From Octopus sinensis (lineage: Eukaryota): a DNA stretch of 64,000 nucleotides. The stretch covers positions 21,390,001 through 21,454,000 of the forward strand of contig NC_043013.1 of the NCBI RefSeq assembly GCF_006345805.1, written 5' to 3'. How positions within the stretch are numbered: the first letter of the stretch is position 1; every line of letters starts with the position of its first letter. A program made the translations under genes and the position numbers. The notes beneath the pieces were generated by a model. The model was not told the origin of the DNA. It was given only the letters and a program-made list of their open reading frames with translations, and searched no databases. Positions 51,540-62,754 of this stretch are shown piece by piece.

Positions 51540-51619
51540 GTAATCTTAAAAGCCTTCACCCTCTTCTTAGAACCGACCGACCCATACACGACTGCCGTGG
51601 GGATGGAATTCTTCTCCAT
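51540..51619 (-). CDS. Candidate coding exon, product unknown (MEKNSIPTAVVYGSVGSKKRVKAFKIT)
   Basis: Only open frame of a CpG-rich non-repetitive stretch, ending in AC|GTAAGT. No homology recognised and no partner exon found. Confidence 0.2.
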
Positions 51620-51651
51620 TTTAATCTTTGAAGCTCTCGTATGTGTGTGTG

Positions 51652-51691
<40 letters not shown>

Positions 51692-52669
51692 GTTGATATT
51701 TTTAACATCATAAGAATTTATGAACTTCGAGAGAACTGTGAAACTCGAAGCACGTAAAGCTATAAATAATAGTGTGCGAACATTGGATTAAAAAACTTTG
51801 GATAGAAAATGTTGAAGGCTGCTCGTGAGACTTTTCCTATCCCAACTGTTTTTTTTACCCAATGTCTACATGCATTTTTTATAACTTTATCTGCATCCAG
51901 TCTCCCCGTTCCAATATACATACATAAGCATATAGCCTTGGTTATGTGGCTGAGAAGTTTGTTTCGCAAACACGATGTCCGTGTTCGATCTGACCGCATT
52001 TTATCCTGGCCAAATAGCTTTATTATAGCCTCGTTTCTAGTTGCACATGTGCATCTACATACGGCTATTAAGCCGCGTATATGAAGGACCCTTCCTATGA
52101 AACCTAAAATGTTTGTTGGAGAAATTCTTCTGTCAAAGAATCATATTCTTTTGTGAAATCCTCTCTTTGATTAGACTTGAATCGTAAAATTTATATTGTT
52201 AATATCATTTAAAATATTTTCATCTGGCAAAGAAGTGTATGTACTTCCCTGCTATTCATCCGACGAAAAAGTCACTAAAATTCTTTGTACCAGTGCCGTC
52301 ATATTTTTGATTAAGGGGTTGTTGCCTGATGTCTTGTGGCCCTTTTGGGTGAATATAAACGAGAAAACATGTTCAGCAACATCCTTTTACCCAAACGAGA
52401 AAAAACACAAAAATCAAAGCTTTCACCTTTTTTAAATTATAGATTTACAAGATAAGACAGAAATAAACACCCGATTGTTAGGAACAAAATAAATAATAAA
52501 TCTAAAAGTTTCCTCATAAAGCCACTTTGCCAGCGGCATTTCGTCCGTCTATACGTTCTGAGTTCATATTCACCTGAAATCGACATTTCAATTGACCAGT
52601 TGAACATTGGATCGATGTCATCGATTTATCTCTTTCCTGAATGTGGGAGACTTTGCCAAAATTCGAAAC

Positions 52670-52713
<44 letters not shown>

Positions 52714-52714
<1 letters not shown>

Positions 52715-53265
52715 TGAGTGACAAAGCAGTGTATGCCATCAAAGTAATACTGAGGTAAACTATACAAAACCCAATATACCCATCATGATCCCCCGTCTGA
52801 TAACGGTACACTAGGCACATGCATCACAACCATATGTGCGCGATATGGTGATTTCATATAAACAGCTTGATGACCTTGCAGGTGGGGCCCAGTTAGAATT
52901 TTTTCAGGTCGAGTAGCCTATCCCGCTCAAAAGGTCCCTGAATAAGGATTGCTTAAGGATGATGAACAAAACACCCATGTTTCCAAAGGTGAGTTATCCA
53001 AACCCCAAAGAATTTCTCTTAATACATAGCTATGCTGCTCCCCCACTACTTCTGCTCGTGATCAGAGATGCACATACCATCAGTCACTAAAGGACATGCT
53101 CAACTGGATAAGTTCAAGCAACCGACAAGCAAATCTGTGGCATTGAGCAGAATATTTGCTGTAGCCCATCTTTTATACCAAGACAAAACAATGTACATGA
53201 TAAGACTTCCAATCAGTTAAGATCAGAAGCCATGAAAGCCACTACCTGGTACTGCATCAGGGTAT
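52714..53265. mobile_element. Unclassified ~550-bp non-coding element embedded in (AAT)n/(AAC)n
   Basis: Sharp boundaries against TTA/TTG repeats on both sides and a composition distinct from the flanks. Only one copy in this window. Confidence 0.55.
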
Positions 53266-54002
53266 TTGTTGTTGTTGTTGTTGTTGTTGTTGTTATTATT
53301 ATTATTATTATTAGAAGTAGCAGCGGAGGCTGTATAGATGACAGTTGTTACACAGCCAACACATGTGTGACATGTAATCAATTATTTCCCTGTTCCTTGT
53401 CATGGTTCGTTGATCGTATCAAATAATTTGCCATATTTTACGCTTGATTTATTCAATGCTTTTCCGGATGATTAGAATCACAAAATGAATTTTTTGTTCA
53501 TTGGCAAAGGGAAAAAAAGCAATGAGAAAAAAAATAGACTTCTTTATGTACCATTCAGAATAATGAGTTATTTGATGACAAATAGGAAAAGGCGGAGTCT
53601 GTTGGGTCTTTGAAATAGCAAAAGAAATATTTTACAAACGTTCATTGGACCTATTCGTGGTGAACGTGACTGTTTCGTTTTCTAACAATCCCTCGTGTTT
53701 ACAGAGACATGGTGGAGCAGGCATAAGAAAGATTTTTATTGATTTGACTCGTACAGCTACCAGAGGAAGAGGAAGTCGATGGCAGAAACGACAGTCTAGT
53801 GTTTCCATTTACACTGAGGCGATAAGAAGACTAGAACGCAAGATTATTAATTAGTAGACCACACAGTAATTTCAGTGAGCTCTCATTTTTGCTATGGTCA
53901 ATCTACTTACTTCCCCTGTTTGCAGTCTGGAGCCATGGTTTTGATACAATACACTGGAATTCTAATCTTCTGCTTATAGTTTTCTCTGAATCATATATAT
54001 AT

Positions 54003-54412
54003 AGGCGCAGGAGTGGCTGTGTGGTAGGTGGCTTGCTTACCAACCACATGGTTCCGGGTTCAGTCCCACTGCGTGGCACCTTGGGCAAGTGTCTTCTACT
54101 ATAGCCTCGGGCCGACCAAAGCCTTGTGAGTGGATTTGGTAGACGGAAACTGAAAGAAGCCCGTCGTATATATGTATATATATGTGTGTGTGCGTGTATG
54201 TTTGTGTGTCTGTGTTTGTCCCCCTAGCATTGCTTGACAACCGATGCTGGTGTATTTATGTCCCCGTCACTTAGAGGTTCGGCAAAAGAGACCGATAGAA
54301 TAAGTACTGGGCTTACAAAGAATAAATCCCGGGGTCGAGTTGCTCGATTAAAAAGGCGGTGCTCCAGCATGGCCGCAGTCAAATGACTGAAACAAGTAAA
54401 AGAGTAAAGAGT
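54003..54412 (+). mobile_element. SINE family A, full-length
   Basis: Same structure as 6941-7355. Confidence 0.92.
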
Positions 54413-54429
54413 ATATATATTATATATAT

Positions 54430-54676
54430 ATAGGTAAAAACGGTAAGATAACAAAAGAAAGAAAGAGACCTCGATATTATGTAAATAGAGGAATTTGTCT
54501 GTAAATATAATATGTGACAATTATTCGGTAGCGAAGATAAAACTCTGAGTTTCGGATGCCGAGGTGGAAATCCACGCCACCATCCGGATAACTGAAGAGA
54601 TGGTGGCGTGGATTTCCACCTCGGCATCTGAAACTCAGAGTTCTATCTTGGCTACCGAATAATTGATAATTGTCAC

Positions 54677-54685
<9 letters not shown>
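54430..54685. repeat. Fold-back element (hairpin 54505-54685) with an HHR-like motif on the + strand
   Basis: Arms of about 80 bp. GGATAA-CTGAAGA-GATG...CATC-T-GAAAC-TCAGA-GTT at 54585-54642. Confidence 0.85.
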
Positions 54686-54721
<36 letters not shown>

Positions 54722-54723
<2 letters not shown>

Positions 54724-54985
54724 CTATCGGATGCTGTCTCAATGCGCTTTGCATTGTTTTAGCTTTCGAATGATGCCATCTCGTTGACAATGCGATCAAG
54801 CGAATATTTCCCCTGGTCAGAAATCTTCTCCGTCGCAGCGTGAACTATACACAACTGAATTGGCTGAAGTAACATGGAATGTAACGTTTTTTCCGAGAAC
54901 CCAACGGACTGCTCAGTCCGAAAATCATGCTAAATCATGAGTGCAAGGCCATAACGCCATAACCACAGGACCACGCGTCTTCACA
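54722..54985 (-). mobile_element. Old tRNA-SINE related to family E
   Basis: GCATTGTTTTAGCTTTCGAATGATGCCA matches 36470-36497. Reverse A-box ATAACCACAGGACCA. Confidence 0.55.
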
Positions 54986-55411
54986 CGCACACACACATAC
55001 ACTTACACATAGATGTATACATATAATATATGAATTCATGCATATGTATATATGTGTGTGTGTGTGAGTGTGTGTGTGCGCGCGCGCGTGTGTGTGTGTA
55101 TAGCTGTTGAATAAATTTAAAACATGGTCGGTTTTCATGTTTTTTTATTATAGTATTTTAACACTAAAAGAATATTTTCATAAAGTTCAATTAGCGATTT
55201 CATACGTTCGTAGTAATCATCAGATTTCAAATGCATTTAACTGACAGTTGAGTTCTTGACAACTGTAGTACCTCTTAGAATGCTCTAAGAAGCTGAATTT
55301 ATGGAATACGAGTTTGACCAATCCGCATGCAGTTTAAACGTCACGATTTGCCAGAGTACCGATATTCTGTGATTTGTTTATATTCATATGTCAAAGATAT
55401 TTTTTTAATAA

Positions 55412-55826
55412 GGCGGCGAGCTGGCAGAAACGTTAGCACGCCGGGCGAAATGCGTAGCCGTATTTCGTCTGCCGTTACGTTCTGAGTTCAAATTCCGCCG
55501 AGGTCGACTTTGCCTTTCATCCTTTCGGGGTCGATTAAATACATACCAGTTACGCACTGGGGTCGATATAATCGACTTAATCCGTTTGTCTGTCCTTGTT
55601 TGTCCTCTCTGTGTTTAGCCCCTTGTAGGTAGTAAAGAAATAGGTATTTCGTCTGCCGTTACGTTCTGAGTTCAAATTCGGCCGAGGTCGATTTTGCTTT
55701 TCATCCTTTCGGGGTCAATAAATTAAGTACCAGTTACGCACTGGGGTCGATATAATCGACTTAATCCGTGTGTCTGTCCTTGTTTGTCTTCTCTGCGTTT
55801 AACCCCATGTGAGTAGTAAAGAACTA
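55412..55826 (+). mobile_element. SINE family B dimer (one head, two 184-bp core+tail units)
   Basis: GTATTTCGTCTGCCGTTACG at 55460 and 55644. Confidence 0.93.
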
Positions 55827-57483
55827 GATATTTATTAATCCACACCATTAGCTGGTTGTCATATCGTTGTTATTTCCGTTCAGAACAGATTTGAACATTT
55901 TTATAAACCGTTTTTCTTTTATCTTTGAATGTACTGTTTATAACGCCGTAGGCTGCGGCGAAAGTCTCAAAAAATCATTTCAAATACGCGACAAATGCTT
56001 AGAAGCATCGAAATTCTATCGGCTGACGAAATTTCATCAGTACCAGCGGATAACCCTATTGTATCACGTATTTCACCGTACTACGAACCATCAGCAGTAG
56101 GAAGCCAAGCACCGAATGCCTGACTGAAAATCATGACAATCTGACGATAAAGCAGGGTCGCTCAGAAATTGTTAAAGCTTGTCCTAGGAGAGGATTATTC
56201 TGATATAAAACAGGATATGCATTGGACATTTAAGGGAACTTAAGATTGCGCTTGAGATCATGAGCTCCCACCATGATCACAGTTCGATGACAAACAAGAT
56301 AAAAGAATTATTTTAGGATTTTCAAAAGTAAAAGCTTAAAATCTATTAATTTGGACGAAATTGTACACATTAAATTTGCAGCAGAATTTAATTTTAAAAA
56401 TGAAATGTTTTATTAAATATAACAAACACCGAATTAAAATTTGAATTCCTTATGATAAATTGCTGAATAACGTAAATAGTATTTAATTTCTATAAGATGA
56501 AGTTAAACCTGACAGTTGATAAAATATGAATTACACCACTTGCTTCATTTCAGGCTTAATTTAAGATGACAACATGATGCCATCGAAGTTGCGTCGCAAT
56601 TAATAAAATATATATAATTATTATTTTCATTGAGAGAAGATAGTCCTCCCACATTATAGACTCACACTTGTATTGAACGGTATAACAATTTGATAAAAAT
56701 GCATACTTGTTTCGTGTCTCTCCCTCCCTCTCTCACTCTCTCTAAATTCAATTATTGATGATTTAATATATTTACATTAACTAAGATACTAGAAAACATT
56801 TACAGACACTATTTTACAGAATATGAAATGACATTATAAGTATTTACTAGACGATGATTTAAACTGATTCTTTCAATTCGAATCTACTCGCTCGTAGATG
56901 ATCATTTTCAAAACTGTGACTACTTTAACTTGGTAGAATAAATGTTTAATGATTTCACTCTAGGCTGAAATTTTTCTTCAAATAAAATCTGCTAATTTAA
57001 TATGTAAAGAGACAAATCGTTCGAGTATTCAGGTTCTCAAAAATACAATCGTTAGAATAATTTATTTTAAGCATCAATATAAAAAATATATCAATTTCTG
57101 TTCAATTTTAATTTCCTTCTCTCTTTGCATCCGTCAATCAAACAGATTTATAAAACTCACCAAAAACGGTTCAAAACAGCCGTTATCAGTAATATGAACA
57201 TTAGGTTATTTTACTAATATTTTGTAAATTTTGAATCCGTAAGGGTTTTGGTTTTGGTTTTGGTTTTAAGGTAACCTGTATAAATATGATGAACATTAAA
57301 ATATAATCATATTTGACCTCTGAAGAGATAATTAGAACAAACTGAAATAGTTCAGATATTGTAAAGTGAATATGTGGAATAAATATTCACTCTACATTTG
57401 AAATGCATTGATTTGCTGCACTGTGATCTTCTTGACTATTCGGTTCTAAATAATAATATGTGTGTGTATGTATGTATATAATT

Positions 57484-57520
<37 letters not shown>

Positions 57521-57530
<10 letters not shown>

Positions 57531-57813
57531 AAAGTGAAGTTGTGTGTCTGTCTCCTACGATTTAGATTCTTAACTACTCCCACATTTTGCGGTGCAGTTT
57601 AACCAAAACCGGATATTTTATAGTCGTGATTCATATCGAGCCCTTCTGGGTATTAGCGCGCGTCTACGATGAGTTTTTGATTTTTTTTTTAAATTACCAT
57701 CATTTTTTTCCATTTTTAATGCATTTTTTTGCTATTTTTTGGCTATAACTCTCTAAAAATGCTTATATAGTTATTTCCCTTACAAACCCGAGCAACGCCG
57801 GGCGATACTGCTA

Positions 57814-57814
<1 letters not shown>
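57521..57814 (+). mobile_element. Non-autonomous Helitron
   Basis: 3' hairpin plus CTAG|T at 57811-57815. The 5' TATATAAAAGTG merges with (TA)n. Homologous to 62356-62754. Confidence 0.87.
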
Positions 57815-57847
<33 letters not shown>

Positions 57848-58030
57848 CGAAAAATGTTATCCTACATTAGATATTAATTTAATAGTGTTCACTTCCGGAC
57901 TCTCTCACTTTACGAGAGTTTTTTAAGTTCGAATCGCACGTTTCTCGAGGTGTGCTAGAGAGTTTCTATTTTTGATATATTTGGGGTACTTAGTTGTGCT
58001 CATGACTTAGTGTTTGCCTCTTCCATGGGT

Positions 58031-58265
58031 GTAAGTAAGTATTTCATTTATTTCTGTACCGCATTTATCACTGATGAAGGGAAGGTTCTTATGAACTAAC
58101 TCTGAAATCGGGTCCGATATGGTAATAACGGGATTTTTTAGAAATTTCTGTCGGCTTTCTTTGAAACACGTGCTTGTAGTGACGAATTATAATGGTTATT
58201 GACGTTGTGTCTATTTTCGGCATATTTTGGCATTAGAATTTTTTTCTTTTGCCCTTACTTATAAA
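58031..58265 (+). mobile_element. Short HHR-carrying dispersed element, copy 2
   Basis: Aligns with 11869-12101 and is followed by (TG/TA)n. Confidence 0.75.
58065..58125 (+). ncRNA. Type I hammerhead ribozyme motif
   Basis: Stem I TTATCA/TGGTAA, CTGATGA (58071-58077), stem II AGGG/CTCT plus GGTTC/GAACT, GAAA (58104-58107), stem III ATCGG-GT-CCGAT, AUA cleavage (cut after 58119). Confidence 0.83.
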
Positions 58266-58266
58266 T

Positions 58267-58324
<58 letters not shown>

Positions 58325-58335
58325 TAGATAGATAG

Positions 58336-58367
<32 letters not shown>

Positions 58368-58395
58368 TGAGTCAGAATGTATTGGAAACTTTATT

Positions 58396-58505
58396 TATCA
58401 CAACGATTGTTTCGGCATACTTTTGCACTGTTCCCTAGTGGGTGGGGAATAATATAATGAAATCGAATGCACCCCACAGTACAGAAGAAACGTCATCAGG
58501 TGACA
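58396..58505 (-). ncRNA. Degenerate type I hammerhead with long stem II
   Basis: TGTCAC-CTGATGA ... C-GAAAC-AATC-GTT|GTGATA. Stem I is intact; the base of stem II is mismatched. Confidence 0.55.
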
Positions 58506-59414
58506 TAATTGGCCTCTAAATTATAAAAATTCCATTTCGCACATAAGTGTAGCTGGATGATGTTATTAGTATTGGTGTGTTGGTATTAATCAGTTCCCAA
58601 ATATATTGATGGAGCAGAATAACTGTGGTGTATATTCAGAGCTCGAATAAAAACTGGCAGTGGGCACAGACTGCAATATATTTTTTCGAACAGAGCCCTC
58701 TACCTAAGATGTGAATGCATCCCCTGTTTACCCGTCCGATGGACGATGCAGATACAAGAACATACAAATCATTATAACACTACATAAAACAAGAATTTTA
58801 CTAATCAGAAATTTTGTAAGAATTATTTATAGACAAAACTTCTCAAAATTACAAGAGGAACCGTAAAGATGACAACTATGCTTTCCCAAGTATATTCTTC
58901 CCTTCTTTAAAACAGTAAGGTTGTAGGAGATTTTGTTGCTATTTCTAGTATGTCATGTACCCATGCAGATATTCCTTTGCTGTCTACAAAGTTATTTAAC
59001 CAGTTTCTTTTATTAACAACTTTTTAAGATAGGTCTATTTCTAGGAATTGTGTGATCTGCGCTGCTTTACTGTTTTGTTTTGAAAGGGACTTCAATATTT
59101 GTCAGTTATAATGAGTAGTAAGACAGGAACAAGGCTTTTATTAGGGGTATATGGTTGATTAAATATTCACTCTAACATTTAGCTGATATCTTAACAACCA
59201 ACCCAGTCCTCTTAACCTGGTCTTGCAGCTGGAATGAAGATGGTCACGGATGAGAGAGTGAGGTGACGACACACAACTCTCAAGACTTTAAAGAAAATCG
59301 CTTTGCAAGTTATCAGTCATCCTCAAGGATGACAAGATGGTTCTCGTCGCTCAGATGAATGAACATGAATGGAGAAGGGAATCCAAGGATTTAGTCTTCA
59401 GTGACATAATAATG

Positions 59415-59580
59415 CAGCATTTCGTCCACCTTTTCGTTAGGGTTTAAATTCCGCCGAGGTCGACTTTGCCTGTCATCCTTTTCGGGGTCGACTTTGCCTA
59501 TCATCCTTTTCCGGGACGATGTAATCGATTTATCCCCTCCCCCGAAATTGCTGGCCTTGCATCAAAATTTGAAACCAGCA
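59415..59580 (+). mobile_element. SINE family B with tail ii, rearranged
   Basis: AAATTCCGCCGAGGTCGACTTTGCC (twice) ... GAAATTGCTGGCCTTG..AAATTTGAAACC. Confidence 0.75.
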
Positions 59581-59929
59581 TTCCTGAGAACTAACAGAAA
59601 TGACTTGCACTTTTTAGTTATGTATCTTTACGTTCTGAGTTCAATTTCCCTCAGTGTCAACTTAGCACTTTATCTTTCCCTGGCCGTTATAATAAATACC
59701 AGTCAAATCATTCAGTCTTAACCGATTATAGCTTTTCTTTGTGCCTTTCTAAGAAATCGATATTTCTAAGAAATTTAATCTCACAGATGTTGACTTTTAT
59801 CTTTACATCGTTCCGAGATTGCATCATCTTGCTCTCTACACCACCTTCTATTCCGTCGGACCATAAAGGTTTCTTCTGCAGAGTCTGCCGAATCTAATTT
59901 TCACATGCATAAGAAGGCAAACCCTAAAA

Positions 59930-60095
59930 TGCTACTGGACTCATAACTGGGACCCTTACATGTGCTATTAATCTGGGTCGGAGTTGACCTAGGAACAATG
60001 GTGACTAAGGGATGGTTCCACATTCCTCAAAATCCCTGGAACTCCCGAACCAGGGTTTCACTACCGGATGCAGTTGAAAATCAACCCAAGACAAA
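59930..60095. repeat. Old interspersed repeat, possibly an RTE-related 3' segment
   Basis: ATCTGGGTCGGAGTTGACCTAGGAACAATGG...ACCGGATGCAGTT resembles a common cephalopod repeat as I recall it; not verified. Confidence 0.35.
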
Positions 60096-61285
60096 GATTC
60101 TTTTCTGTTACATGCATGACATCCATTAATTCTTTCTTTGGGTCCTCAAAATACTAAACTTCACAGATTGAAAAACTAGATGCTTTATGAGAGAGAGTTG
60201 TATTACGCTGGGATATGAACAAGTCACTACCAATGATCTCCCTCAGCTTCTGATCACTAACTCCACTGTATATAACATACAGTTACACACATATTACACA
60301 CATTTTGCACGCACATACCACCTATTACATACATTTTGCACACACACATACCACATATTAAACCATGCCACACTCACAAAATCATACGTTAAGCACGTTA
60401 CATACTAAACATGTTACACACACGTCAATACTTGAAGATTCTAGAGAATGTCTCTAACACATGCCCACCTCACCAGACTGGATCCATTTTTAAGTCGTCT
60501 CTGTTAGATCAAAAGGATAGCGTTAATAATTTGCAGCTTCTTCTGAAAATATCAACCGTTTCATCAATTTTATTTAATTAAATTGTAATCAATAAGAAAA
60601 TGAAAACGGAAAACAATGTTGTTTGAATTAAATATTTGATTTTCCGCCGATTTTAAAAATTCACAGGAATTAACCAGAAGGCTTCTATGTGGTCACTCTC
60701 TCTGCTAGAAATAGCAACTAAGTAACCTTAAATTACACCCTAAGTCTTCTAAAAACAACCACATTAGATAATATAGTCCTGGATACATTATGTCTCATGA
60801 AAAAGATGGGTTGGCAGCTAGCAGATCACCTTTAATCATTGTTTTTTGTTTTGTTTGTTTTTTTTCTCTCAATCAAATCTGACCTTAGACTGAACAACAA
60901 CAAAATTCATCGTTAGCTACAACTAAAACAACTTCAAACATTTCTGTTATCCGTCACTCACTTTCAGCTCAATCAATCCAGAGTTGTTTCTCATTACCAC
61001 TCAAACGTTCTTTGAATTAATGCCGTTTCATAAACAAATATTTATTAATTCGTGAACTATTGAAGATTACGATGAGGCATATTTAAATGTACAGGAATCT
61101 TTCACTGAAGTGGTTCAGAATGTTATTGGTTTCCCTTTTACCTCTTATCTTTCCTCTTGAATTTGCTTCATTCATTGGACTGCGGCCATGCTGTAGCACT
61201 GCTTTGAATGGATTAGTTGAGAAAATCGACCCCAGGACTTACTTTTTTAAACAAACCACCACCGGTTGTCAAGCGGTAGTTGGGG

Positions 61286-61510
61286 AGCTGGCAGAAACGT
61301 TAGCACGCCGGGCGAAATGCTTAGCGGTATTTCGTCTGCCGTTGCGTTCTGAGTTCAAATTCCGCCGAGGTCGACTTTGCCTTTCATCCTTTCGGGGTCG
61401 ATAAATTAATTACCAGTTACGCACTGGGGGCGATGTAATCGACTTAATACCTATGTCTGTCCTTGTTTGTCCCCTCTGTGTTTAGCCCCTTTGTGGGTAA
61501 TAAAGAAATA
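61286..61510 (+). mobile_element. SINE family B inserted into a family A remnant, with TSD
   Basis: GGTAGTTGGGGA at 61275-61286 and 61511-61522. Confidence 0.9.
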
Positions 61511-62355
61511 GGTAGTTGGGGAACCTACACGCTTTGGTCTACTAAACAGGTACAAGGAATTCACTATTGCAGAAGTAGGAGTCTGTTGCAATTGAAAAGG
61601 ATTTCATTAACTTTCCAGTGTTAAACTGATAATTGTTCCAGTGGCCCCTAATGGAGAAGGCTGTAGATTACACTAGCTATATATAAGAGACAAGTTCCGT
61701 TGCTTCATACGAGGGAGAGATGGACATGGTGAAAACTGATTTAGGATTTAAATGTTTGGGCGATATTTCTGGAAACTCTGTGAGACATAGTGACGTAAAA
61801 AAAAAGAAAAAACAATCAGACGAAACTATTGTGATATGAGGAAGAGATATACTGCTTCCCATTGATTAAGAAAAATATTGATTTTGCTGAGTAAAACCAT
61901 TTTAGAAGTTATTTAATGACAACAGCATTCTGTTGATTAGATTTTTAAAAAGAAACTTAAATAGATTCTTCAACGTCTGCTAGAAGTAGTAGCGTCACAA
62001 CCATTTAACAAAACGACCGAGAAAGACATAAACATAAAGCCTAAGACTTATTTCGTTATAAGACTTCTGTGTTTTCGTATCTTATATTACAACTAAAAGT
62101 TTCTTCACTTTTTTTTTAGCAAAACTAAAACTTAATAACTTCATACGCCGATTTACTACGTCTTCCCATATCAGTGAAACCTTGTTGAAGTTTAATTTCT
62201 CTAAAATTGAACCGAAATCAATTAAATATTTATCATCACACATTCCTGATATCTGTATGGCACCATCTTCTTACATAGTATAGCTTAAAAACTTCTAGCA
62301 TATAAAGTTGATATTTAATAATATTCCAAACAATAAACTCTTCGTTTATGTTCAA

Positions 62356-62754
62356 CTAGCAGTATCGCCCGGCGTTGCTCGGGTTTGTAAGGGAAATAAC
62401 TATATAAGCATTTTTAGAGATGTAAAGTATAATAGCCATCTCAATATGGCTAACCACAAAGGGGGGGTGTTACTGTAGCTTTTTACGTTCTGAGATTTAA
62501 TAATAAATTTTTAGAGAGTTACTTCCCATATATATGCCAAAAATGCATTAAAAATGGGAAAAATTTATGGTAAATTATTTTTAAAGTCGTAGACTCATCG
62601 TAGACGCGCGCTAATACCCAGAAGGGCTCGATATAAATCACGACTATAAGATACCCGGTTTTGGTTAAACTGCACCGCAAAATGGGGGAGTAGTTAGGAA
62701 TCTAAATCGTAGGAGACAGACAGCACACAACCTCACTTTTATATATAAAGAAGA
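62356..62754 (-). mobile_element. Non-autonomous Helitron
   Basis: Minus strand A|TCTTCTTTATATATAAAAGTG ... hairpin ... CTAG|T. Confidence 0.9.

Noticed and set aside
53704-53854. Acceptor with CTAAC branch site followed by a 49-codon frame
   Set aside because: No recognisable product and no upstream partner exon. It may be a repeat remnant.
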